From positions 10,810-74,809 of the forward strand of contig JBGALT010000015.1 in assembly GCA_044223665.1 (NCBI GenBank): a stretch of DNA of 64,000 nt, written 5' to 3'. Source of the DNA: Sandaracinaceae bacterium. Lineage in GTDB: Bacteria > Myxococcota_A > Polyangia > Polyangiales > Sandaracinaceae. The translations under genes were made by a program, and so were the position numbers. Numbering within the stretch: the stretch's first letter is position 1; each line of letters opens with the position of its first letter. Of this stretch, positions 49,023 to 57,511 are shown piece after piece. The notes under the pieces are model-generated. The model saw only the letters and a program-made list of their open reading frames with translations. It did no database searches and was not told the origin of the DNA.

Positions 49023-49498
49023 CGCGGCGCTCCGGCCGCGATCCACGCGTGCAGCACGTTCGCCTCGGAGAGCGTGAAGCCCTCCGAGATCGGAGAGAGC
49101 GGCGGCATCGGCTCGCCACACGGCCGACCGGGGTCGGCGCATCCGGGCAGCTGCGCGTAGCAGCCGTCGAGCTTCAGCCAGAGGAAGCTCCACTCCGGGT
49201 GGCCCGGCGCGACGCGCGGGATCGACGGGTACAGCGCCGATGGATGGTCGACGAGATCGTCGTAGAGCGAGGGGCCGACGAGCTCGAGCTGCCCCTGGCC
49301 GCCGGGCCCGTGGCACACGGCGCCGGCCGCACAGCGCCGCACGAAGAGCGCCTGCACGTCGGCGAACGTGGCCGCGCCGCCGACGTCGATGAGCTCCGGC
49401 CCGCAGTCGATGCTCGGCCCCGCGTCGGGCGGCACGCTCGCACTGTTTCCGCATCCGACCAGCCCGACGAGGGCGAAGACCCAACGGCAAGAAGCCAC
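49019..49498 (-). CDS. PSCyt1-like (planctomycete cytochrome c-like) domain lipoprotein
   Basis: GTG 49498 (MASCRWVFALVGLVGCG). FADVQALFVRRCAAGAVCHGPGG...RVAPGHPEWSFLW...MPPL...LSEANVLHAWIAAGA. ATGA overlap with the GSDH-like gene. Confidence 0.5.
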   Translation of the reverse strand: MASCRWVFALVGLVGCGNSASVPPDAGPSIDCGPELIDVGGAATFADVQALFVRRCAAGAVCHGPGGQGQLELVGPSLYDDLVDHPSALYPSIPRVAPGHPEWSFLWLKLDGCYAQLPGCADPGRPCGEPMPPLSPISEGFTLSEANVLHAWIAAGAPR

Positions 49499-49631
49499 GG
49501 GAGGGCCATGCGCGCCGAGAGCCTCTCTCCCACGGGCAAAACTCACAGCGAGCCACGCGCCGCCGAGGGGATCGCGACGCGTGGTCGCGGTGCTTGCCGG
49601 GCGGGCGCCTCCGGACCTACCCGGCCGGCGT

Positions 49632-51161
49632 TTGCGCGTAGGATGGGCGCGCTTGGCCACCACGCTCGGCCCGGGGAGCCGCATCGCCGATCGCTACGCG
49701 ATCGACGGCGTCCTCGCGTCCGGCGGAATGGGCATCGTGTACCGAGCGACCGACACCCGCCTCTCCCGGCCGGTCGCGGTGAAGGTCCTGCTCTCGCAGC
49801 TGGGCGCCGAGCCGAGCCAGCTCGCGCGCTTCGAGCGCGAGGCCATCGCAGCGGCCCGGCTCAGTCACCCCGGGATCGTCCAGGTCCACGACTTCGGTCG
49901 CACCGACGCGGGGCTCGCCTACCTCGTGATGGAGCTGGTGGGCGGCGTCACCCTCGCCAAGGTGCTCGACGGCTCGCGCTTGGCGACGAGCCGCGCGATC
50001 GACGTCGGCGCGCAAGCGCTGTCCGCGCTCGGCGCGGCGCACGCGGCAGGGATCGTCCATCGCGACCTCAAGCCCGGCAACATCATGCTCGTCCCGCTGG
50101 GCGGCGGCCGCGAGCACGTGAAGCTCCTCGACTTCGGCATCGCGCAGCTCAAGGCGGGCGAGGGCTACGCGCGGCTCACGGCCACCGGCGAGATCCTCGG
50201 CACGCCCTCGTTCATGGCGCCCGAGCAAGCGCGCGGCGAGCCGAGCGATCCGCGCACCGACGTCTACGCGATGGGGATGGTGCTGTGGTGCTGCGTGACC
50301 GGCCGCATGCCCTACGCGCCGCTGCCGATCGCGAAGGTGGTCACCGCGCTCCAGACGCAGATGCCCCCGCGGGCCGACGCGATCGCGCCCGAGGTCTCGA
50401 AGGCGCTGGCGGACGTGATCGAGAAGGCCATCCAGAAGGCGCCGGCGCAGCGGTTCGACACGGCCGAGGAGCTCGCGGCCGCGCTCGGTGCTGCGGTAGG
50501 CGCGACGAGCGCGCCGGCGCCTCTCTTTCCGCGCACGAGGCAGGCGCCGGCCACACCGCTCACGACGGCCACCGTTCCGGCGCGCCCGGGCGCGATCGCG
50601 CCGCCCGCGACGGCGGCGCCCGCGCCAGGGCCGGGGCTCTCTCCTCCGGGGCTCGCTCCTCCCGGGCTCTCTCCCGCGCCCGCGCCCGCGCCCCTTCCCG
50701 CAGCCAGTCCGGTGCCGACGCCCGCCGCGATCGCACCCACTGCGATCGCCCCCGTCGTGCACGCGCCCATCGGTGCGGCACCCGTCGCGGCGCTCGCGCC
50801 ACCTCGGCCCAAGAAGCGGTGGTGGCTGCGCATCTTGATCACGCTCTTCGCCCTCGGGGCCCTCGCGGCGCTGCTCGTCGTCGGCCTCGTGGTGGCCATC
50901 GGCGTGTGGGGGCTCGAGGCGTTCATGAGCCTGCCGAGCGCCGAGCGTCCGGCAGCCGGCATCGTGGACGGCGCGTCCGTGCAGACCTGTGAGGCCGCCG
51001 CGCGCTGCTGCGAGGCCGCAGGCGGCTCGAGCTGCCAGAGCTACCGCACGCCGCCGCTCGACGTGGCGGACTGTCGGCTCGGCATCGGCGCGTTCGGCGA
51101 CGCGCTCGCGAGCCGCGGCGAGGACGCCGCGATGTGCGCGCCGGGCTACGACGGGCCGTGA
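49632..51161 (+). CDS. Hanks-type Ser/Thr protein kinase with TM segment and Cys-rich C-terminal ectodomain
   Basis: SGGMGIVY, VAVKVL, HRDLKPGNIML, DFGIA and GTPSFMAPEQ motifs, then a Pro/Ala linker and TM segment WWLRILITLFALGALAALLVVGLVVAIGVW. The start is uncertain (TTG 49632 or an upstream GTG). Confidence 0.85.
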   Translation: MRVGWARLATTLGPGSRIADRYAIDGVLASGGMGIVYRATDTRLSRPVAVKVLLSQLGAEPSQLARFEREAIAAARLSHPGIVQVHDFGRTDAGLAYLVMELVGGVTLAKVLDGSRLATSRAIDVGAQALSALGAAHAAGIVHRDLKPGNIMLVPLGGGREHVKLLDFGIAQLKAGEGYARLTATGEILGTPSFMAPEQARGEPSDPRTDVYAMGMVLWCCVTGRMPYAPLPIAKVVTALQTQMPPRADAIAPEVSKALADVIEKAIQKAPAQRFDTAEELAAALGAAVGATSAPAPLFPRTRQAPATPLTTATVPARPGAIAPPATAAPAPGPGLSPPGLAPPGLSPAPAPAPLPAASPVPTPAAIAPTAIAPVVHAPIGAAPVAALAPPRPKKRWWLRILITLFALGALAALLVVGLVVAIGVWGLEAFMSLPSAERPAAGIVDGASVQTCEAAARCCEAAGGSSCQSYRTPPLDVADCRLGIGAFGDALASRGEDAAMCAPGYDGP

Positions 51162-51197
51162 GCGCGCGACGCGCGAGGGACCGAACGGGACCGTCGA

Positions 51198-51617
51198 TCA
51201 GCCGCAGGCGTCGGCGAGCGGATACAGGCGCCGGTTCTCCAGCGTCATCCGCCGGGCCAGTTGCTCGAAGCACGCCAGCACGTCGAGGATGAAGGCGCGC
51301 GGCTCGGCGCTGACGTGCTCGCTCGCGGGCCAGCGCTGCTCGAGGCGGTCGAACGTCTCGTAGAGCGGCCGCACGTCGGCGAGCAGCGTGGTCGCCTCTC
51401 GGCGCACCTCTTCGTCGGCATGGGCGAGCAGGTCCGGATAGAGGGCCTCGTTCTCCATGCGCGCGTGCACACGGAGCTTGCCGCCGAATCGCGCGAGCGC
51501 CGTGCGCACGCCGCGCGGATCGCGCTCGATCTCCTCCAGCGAGAGCCGCCCTCGTAGCTCCGCGGCCAGCGCCGCCAGCTCGGCGTGCTGGCGCCGGAAC
51601 CTGTCCGTCCGTCGCAT
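51198..51617 (-). CDS. hemerythrin-like domain protein
   Basis: 139 aa from ATG 51617. Four-helix pattern with H/E ligand candidates (RRQHAEL, HARMENEALYP, EHVSAEPRAFILD). Confidence 0.5.
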   Translation of the reverse strand: MRRTDRFRRQHAELAALAAELRGRLSLEEIERDPRGVRTALARFGGKLRVHARMENEALYPDLLAHADEEVRREATTLLADVRPLYETFDRLEQRWPASEHVSAEPRAFILDVLACFEQLARRMTLENRRLYPLADACG

Positions 51618-51686
51618 GAACGAAGCTACGGCCGGGGCGCGGGTTCGGATCGACCTCCACGGGGCGTTTCTGCGATTCTCCCCCCG

Positions 51687-53201
51687 ATGGCGCGCTCGCT
51701 CGTTTCCCAGCTCTTCGCCCGCAAGCCGATTGCCGACCTCGCACCCGAGGAGGAGGGCCAGCACGGCCTCACCCGCAGCCTCGGCGCGATGGATCTCGTC
51801 TTCCTGGCCATCGGCGCGGTGATCGGCGCCGGCATCTTCGGCTCGATCGGCACCGCGGCTGCGGGCGAGGTGCGGGTCGATGCCGAGGGAGTGAGCCACG
51901 TGGTGCGCTACGGCGCCGGCCCCGCCCTCGTCGTCTCGTTCCTCCTGCTCGGCGTCGTCTGCGGCCTCTGCGCGCTCTGCTACGCCGAGCTCGCGTCGAT
52001 GATCCCGCAGGCGGGCAGCGCCTACGCCTACTCGTACGCGACGCTCGGCGAGCTGATCGCGTGGATCATCGGCTGGGACCTGATCCTCGAGTACGCGGTG
52101 GGAAACGTCGCGGTCGCGATCGCGTGGGGCAACTACTTCCAGTCGCTGCTCGAGGCCGCCGGCATCGGCCTGCCGCCCTGGCTCGTGCACGGGTACTTCG
52201 ACGTCTCGCTCTCGACCAACCCCGAGGTGCACGCGCTGCTCGAGAGCGCGCCGCACGTGCTCGGGATCCCGGTGCTCGTGAACCTGCCCGCGTTCGTGAT
52301 CGTCGGCGTGATCACCGGCCTCTTGCTCGTCGGGGTCAAGGAGAGCGCCCGGGCCAACAACGTGATGGTCCTCGTGAAGCTGGGTGTCCTGGCCCTCTTC
52401 TGCGCGATGGGCGCGACCCGCATCGACACGCACTACTACTCGCCCTTCGCGCCGAACGGTTGGACCGGCATCCACCAGGGCGCCGCGGTCGTCTTCTTCG
52501 CCTACATCGGGTTCGACGCGATCTCGTGCGCCGCCGAGGAGACCCGGAACCCGCAGCGGAACCTCCCCATCGGGATCCTCGGCGGGCTGGCGATCTGCAC
52601 GGTGATCTACGTGCTCGTCGGGCTGGTCATCACCGGCATCGCTCCCTGGCAGCGGCTCAACGAGCAGGGCGACCCTCTGGCGTTCGCGCTCGAGTACGCC
52701 GGCCTGCCGGTCGTCGGATGGCTCGTCAGTTTCGGCGCGGTCGTCTCGATGACCGCGGTGCTGCTCGTGTTCCAGTACGGCCAGCCGCGCATCTTGTTCG
52801 CGATGGCCCGCGACGGGCTCTTGCCCGAGAGCGCCGCGAAGCTGCATCCGAGGTTCCGCACGCCCTGGGCGATGACGATCCTCACCGGCGTCCTGGTCGG
52901 CGTGGGCGCGCTGATCGGCGACGACGACGTCACCTACGACCTCACGAACATCGGGACGCTCTTCGCCTTCTTCCTCGTCGCGATCGGCGTGATGGTGCTG
53001 CGCGTGAAGGATCCCGAGCGGAAGCGCTCGTTCCGCGTGCCGGCGGTGTGGGTCGTGGCCCCGGCGGGCGCGGCCGCGTGCATCTACACGATGGCCGGCC
53101 TGCCCGGCGAGACGTGGATCCGCTTCTTCGTCTGGCTCGCGATCGGCCTCGTGGTGTACGCGGTCTACGGCTTCCGCCGCTCGCGCCTGCGAGGCCGCTG
53201 A
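51687..53201 (+). CDS. APC-superfamily amino acid permease
   Basis: 504 aa, about 12 TM segments. MDLVFLAIGAVIGAGIFGSIG and FFAYIGFDAISCAAEETRNPQRNLP motifs. Confidence 0.85.
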   Translation: MARSLVSQLFARKPIADLAPEEEGQHGLTRSLGAMDLVFLAIGAVIGAGIFGSIGTAAAGEVRVDAEGVSHVVRYGAGPALVVSFLLLGVVCGLCALCYAELASMIPQAGSAYAYSYATLGELIAWIIGWDLILEYAVGNVAVAIAWGNYFQSLLEAAGIGLPPWLVHGYFDVSLSTNPEVHALLESAPHVLGIPVLVNLPAFVIVGVITGLLLVGVKESARANNVMVLVKLGVLALFCAMGATRIDTHYYSPFAPNGWTGIHQGAAVVFFAYIGFDAISCAAEETRNPQRNLPIGILGGLAICTVIYVLVGLVITGIAPWQRLNEQGDPLAFALEYAGLPVVGWLVSFGAVVSMTAVLLVFQYGQPRILFAMARDGLLPESAAKLHPRFRTPWAMTILTGVLVGVGALIGDDDVTYDLTNIGTLFAFFLVAIGVMVLRVKDPERKRSFRVPAVWVVAPAGAAACIYTMAGLPGETWIRFFVWLAIGLVVYAVYGFRRSRLRGR

Positions 53202-53232
53202 TCGCTCGCTCTGCCCGAGCGGGCCGACGCCG

Positions 53233-54093
53233 TCAGAGCGGGAAGCAGTTCCGCGTGAACGGATTGCACGCGGCCAGGCACTGCGGCTCCATGTAACACA
53301 TGCACGAGCCCGCGACGCAGTGGCTCGAGAGGCCCGAGTCACACGCGCGGCCGCAGCTGCCGCAGTTGTCCATGCTCGTCTGCGTGTTGATGCAGAGGCT
53401 GTTGCAGCACGACTGGCTCGCCGTGCAGGTGCGGTTGCACGCGCCGCAGTGAGCGACCGACGACGACGGGTCGACGCACGCGTTGTTGCAGCAGAGCATC
53501 GGGGCGGCGCACGGGGCGCCGCTGCCGCACTGGCAGTGCCCGGCGACGCACGTCTCGCCGGACGAGCATGCCGGCGTGCACGTCGCCGGAGGCTGGCAGA
53601 CGCCGCCGATGCAGCTCTCGCCGGCGCTGCAGGGGTGGTTGCACATGCCGCAGTGGTTCGTGTTGGTGTCGGTGCTCACGCACCCGCCGCCGCAGCACTC
53701 GGTGGCGCCGCTGCAGACGGGGCCCGCCCCGCAGTGGCAGGTGCCACCGCTGCACGTCTCGCCGGAGCCGCACGCAGGCGAGCACATCGCGCCGCTGTCC
53801 GGCGTGGCCGCGTCGCGACCCGCATCGCGCGGGCCGGCGTCGCCGGGGCCGGTGTCGGGCATGCCGCCGGTGTCCGGCGCCTCGCTCGCGTCGGGCGCCT
53901 CGCCTGCATCCGCGCCGGTGTCGCTCGCGCCGGTGTCGGTCGCACCACCGTCGACCGCGCCGCCGTCGCGGCTGCCCCCGTCCATCGGGCGCCCGGAGTC
54001 GCGCCCTCCTCCGGTCGGGTCGTCGTTGCCGACGGCGCACCCCGGCGCGAGCCACGCACCGAGCAAGAGCACGAGAAGCGCACGTGCAGACAT
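53233..54093 (-). CDS. Cys-rich lipoprotein with STIG1-like repeats
   Basis: Lipobox LAPGCA and an Asp/Gly/Ala-rich linker. Repeats include CCGGGCVSTDTNTNHCGMCNHPC, CCNNACVDPSSSVAHCGACNRTC and CCNSLCINTQTSMDNCGSCGRAC. Confidence 0.65.
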   Translation of the reverse strand: MSARALLVLLLGAWLAPGCAVGNDDPTGGGRDSGRPMDGGSRDGGAVDGGATDTGASDTGADAGEAPDASEAPDTGGMPDTGPGDAGPRDAGRDAATPDSGAMCSPACGSGETCSGGTCHCGAGPVCSGATECCGGGCVSTDTNTNHCGMCNHPCSAGESCIGGVCQPPATCTPACSSGETCVAGHCQCGSGAPCAAPMLCCNNACVDPSSSVAHCGACNRTCTASQSCCNSLCINTQTSMDNCGSCGRACDSGLSSHCVAGSCMCYMEPQCLAACNPFTRNCFPL

Positions 54094-54197
54094 CGAGGAC
54101 CCCATCGGCGAGAAGAAAGGCGCGCTGCGGCGGCAGCGGGGCGGGAGCGAGAATCGTAACGTTGCGTCAGATCGCCGATCAAGCGAGGTTCCGCACG

Positions 54198-54719
54198 ATG
54201 GCGCCCGACTCCGACGAGAAGAAGCTCCGCGGACATCCGCTCGAGCACCCTTTTCACGTCGTCCTGCACGAGCCGGAGATCCCCCCCAACACGGGGTCGG
54301 TGGCGCGCACGTGCGCCGCCACCGGGAGCCCGCTGCACTTGATCCGGCCGCTCGGGTTCCGCATCGACGAGCACGCGGTGAGGCGCGCGGGCCTGGATTA
54401 CTGGCACTTGGTCGACGTGCGCGTGCACGACGACTGGCGCGCATTCCGCGCCTGCGAGGCATCCCGCCGCATCCACCTCTTCTCGGCCAACGCGTCGGCG
54501 AGCTACCTCGCGGCCGACTTCGCGCCGGGCGACGCGCTCGTCTTCGGCAAGGAGTCGGTCGGCCAGCCGGCCTGGCTCCTGGCCGAGCATCCCGACACGA
54601 CCTGGGGGATCCCGACGATCGGCCCGGTGCGATCGCTGAACCTGTCGAATGCCGTCTCGATCGTCCTCTACGACGCCCTACGCCGCCAGGGCGCGCTCGA
54701 CCGTCCCGAGCATCGGTGA
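54198..54719 (+). CDS. trmL: tRNA (cytidine/uridine-2'-O-)-methyltransferase TrmL (SpoU family)
   Basis: VVLHEPEIPPNTGSVARTCAATG, RRAGLDYWH, FGKESVG and RSLNLSNAVSIVLYDALRRQG are collinear with E. coli TrmL. Confidence 0.9.
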   Translation: MAPDSDEKKLRGHPLEHPFHVVLHEPEIPPNTGSVARTCAATGSPLHLIRPLGFRIDEHAVRRAGLDYWHLVDVRVHDDWRAFRACEASRRIHLFSANASASYLAADFAPGDALVFGKESVGQPAWLLAEHPDTTWGIPTIGPVRSLNLSNAVSIVLYDALRRQGALDRPEHR

Positions 54720-54845
54720 CCGATCGGCGCCAAGCGCGCCCGCCCCCTGGAAATCGCCGACCGCCCGTCGCATGCTGAATCGCACGCTGCGAGCCACGTC
54801 TTGTGCGGGATGCGCGCACGACGATGGCGCGCGCACGAGGCCCGC

Positions 54846-55841
54846 ATGTCCTTTCGCCCGAGCGTCTCGTCCTCCCGCCGCGCCGTGCTCACCGCGTGCT
54901 TGGCGATCGTGTCGTCTGCGTCGTGCTGGCTCCCTCGCGCGCTCGCGCAGGACGATGCGCTGGCGATCGACGTGGTCGGACGGCCGAGCTGGGCCGAGAC
55001 CGTCGCCGCGCTCGAGCACGACGTCGGCGCGCAGGGCACGCGGCTCTCGCTGCGCGTGGTCGATCGGCACGGCCAGGTCGCGCCCTGCGGCTTCTACGCG
55101 CTGACGTTCGACGAGGCCGGCGCGCGCGCGTTCCAGGTAGGCACGTGCGACCCCGCGACCAGCGCGACCGAGGTGACGCTCGTCTCGCGCACCGACCTCT
55201 TCTCGCACGAGGGCGTCGTCCCGACACCGCGCACGATCCGGCTCACGGCGACGGAGGTGCGGCGCGGCGACGAGGCGGGCGGCGCCGCCCAGACCGGCGG
55301 CGCGGCGCTCGACTGCTCGGTCGGCGTCCGTCCCTACCTCGACGATCTGGAGCACGGCACCGTCGTGTTCCTGCAGCGCGACCGCTTCGACGTCCGCCCG
55401 GCCGACACCTCGATCTCGGTGGAGGCCTGGAGCGACGGCTGGTCGCTGCGCGGTCGCGCGCGGGCGGAGCTGACGATCGCGTACGACGTCGTGGAGCGTG
55501 CGAGCGGGGCCGTGGTGCTCCACTCGCAGGCGACGCTGATCTGCACCGACGCACCGCAAGGAACGGGCGGCGTCGTGACCCCTCGCCACGAGCGCACGTT
55601 GGACGAACGGACCGAGCAGGTGCTCGTGATGTCGGGGGATGATCCGGGCCGCGCCGCGGAGGTGATCGCGGTCGTCGACGTCTCGGGCACGCAGGCGAGC
55701 GGCGCGCAGGGCCTCTGGCTGCTGCGCCGGCGCGCCGCCGAGCTCCACGCCGATGCGATCGTGGGCGTCGAGCTGCACCGGGGAACGCGCCGCGGGCCGG
55801 CCCGCCTCTCGGGCCTCGCCGTCCGCTACCTGGAGCACTGA
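54846..55841 (+). CDS. secreted protein with YbjQ/UPF0145-like C-terminal segment
   Basis: ATG 54846, signal peptide VLTACLAIVSSASCWLPRALAQ. The C-terminus RRRAAELHADAIVGVELHR...LSGLAVRYLEH resembles the YbjQ fold signature. Confidence 0.5.
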   Translation: MSFRPSVSSSRRAVLTACLAIVSSASCWLPRALAQDDALAIDVVGRPSWAETVAALEHDVGAQGTRLSLRVVDRHGQVAPCGFYALTFDEAGARAFQVGTCDPATSATEVTLVSRTDLFSHEGVVPTPRTIRLTATEVRRGDEAGGAAQTGGAALDCSVGVRPYLDDLEHGTVVFLQRDRFDVRPADTSISVEAWSDGWSLRGRARAELTIAYDVVERASGAVVLHSQATLICTDAPQGTGGVVTPRHERTLDERTEQVLVMSGDDPGRAAEVIAVVDVSGTQASGAQGLWLLRRRAAELHADAIVGVELHRGTRRGPARLSGLAVRYLEH

Positions 55842-55842
55842 C

Positions 55843-56506
55843 GTGGGGGGCGACGTCCACTCGCTGCCGCTCGTCTCCTTGCTGCTCGGGACGATCTCGT
55901 CGATCGGCACGCGCGCACGCCGCGGCCGTCCTGGGTGTCACCGTCGCGCCCTACCCGGCCCCGCAGTCGCAGGCCTACGTGGAGCCGGTTCCGTACGCCG
56001 CGCCCGACGCCATCGAGCACGTGCAGCTGATCGCGGGCATGCCGGCTGCCACGTGCGAGGTGATCGGCCTCGTCTCGGCGCTCGCGCTGCCCGGCGGCGG
56101 CGATGCGGCGCTGGCCGAGCCCGTGCGCGCGCCGCTGCGCTGGGCGCGGACGCGGTCGTGCACGTGCGCCTGCACGTCGAGGGATCACCGGGCGACGAGG
56201 TCGGTATCGGGCGATCCAGCGTGGGAAGCGATGCTCGACGACGCGGCCGGCCCCTGGCAGGACGGCGTGCGCGTCAGCGGCGAGGCGGTGCGCTTCCGCG
56301 AGCCCATCGTGGAAGGACGCCGCTACCTCGTGGTGGGGCGGATCGGCGTGACCGATCGCGCCGGGCACGAGCACGAGGCGCTCGAGCGCCTCGCCTCGCG
56401 CGCACGCTCGATGCGGGCCGACCTCGTGATCGACATCGAGGTCACGAGCCAGGGCGCCGACCGCCCGTTCGAGGTGCACGGAACGGCGATTCGCTTCATC
56501 GAGTAG
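55843..56506 (+). pseudogene. YbjQ/UPF0145-like protein whose reading frame switches three times
   Basis: The codon-position GC pattern and motifs follow frame 1 (55843 to ~55915), frame 2 (~55920 to ~56130), frame 1 (~56130 to ~56210, AAALGADAVVHVRLHVEG) and then frame 2 to the stop at 56506. Confidence 0.55.
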
Positions 56507-56531
56507 GCGCGCGCGCGTGGTAGGGAGGGGC

Positions 56532-57406
56532 ATGACCACGCGCACGCTCACCGCCATCGCCGGCAACAGCCAGCGCCTCGACGGAGGCGCGATGTTCGGC
56601 AACGCGCCCAAGCCCGTCTGGGAGAAGTGGATCGCGCCCGACGAGCGCAATCGCATCCCCCTCGCGTGCCGCGCGATGCTCATCGAGGAGAAGAGCGGAG
56701 GCGCGACCAAGCGCATCCTCTTCGAGACGGGGATCGGCGCGTTCTTCTCGCCGAAGATGCGCGATCGCTTCGGGGTCGTGGAGAGCGAGCACGTGCTCCT
56801 CGAAAGCCTCGTCCGCGCCGGCGCGCCCCACGACACGATCGACGTCGTGGTCCTCTCGCACCTGCACTTCGATCACGCGGGCGGCCTGCTCACCGCCTAC
56901 GCGGAGGGCGCGGCGCCCGAGCTCCTGTTCCCGAAGGCGACGTTCGTCGTCGGGGCCGAGGCGTGGGAGCGCGCCAAGCACCCGCACGCACGGGACCGTG
57001 CGTCCTTCATTCCCGAGCTCGTGCCCTTGCTCGAGACGAGCGGTCGCCTCGAGGTGGCCGCGGGCGAACGGAGCCAGGCTCTCGGTCCCGCCTATCGCCT
57101 CCACCGCTCGAGCGGCCACACCCCGTCGTGGCCGAGGTCCCGAGCGAGGGCGGCCCCATCGTGTTCGCAGCCGACCTCATCCCGGGCCGCCCCTGGGTGC
57201 ACCTGCCCATCACGATGGGCTACGACCGCTCGGCGGAGCTGCTCATCGACGAGAAGACGGCGCTGCTCGGCGACCTCGTCTCGCGCCACGGGCGCCTGTT
57301 CTTCACGCACGACCCCGCCATCGCCATGGCCCGCGTGACGCGAGACGCGGCCGGCAAGTACGGTCCCGGCGAAGAGTGGGCCGCGCCCGATCACCTGCCG
57401 ATCTGA
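56532..57406 (+). pseudogene. MBL-fold metallo-hydrolase with an apparent frameshift at a C4 run near 57121-57124
   Basis: ATG 56532 follows [17 protein letters not shown] is the zinc motif. ...[11 protein letters not shown] is in one frame and [21 protein letters not shown]...FFTHD in the -1 frame. Confidence 0.8.
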
Positions 57407-57511
57407 TCGCGCGGCGCTCGCGCTTCACGGCCGAGCAGGCGGGACGCACGAGCCCGATCCGGAGCGCGGCGAGCCGTTGCCAGACCGCGGCTCGTGTAGC
57501 ATCGCCGGGAC

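Noticed and set aside
49643-49645. ATG at 49643 as the kinase start
   Set aside because: It is out of frame with the kinase domain and opens the Arg-rich MGALGHHARPGEPHRR... frame.
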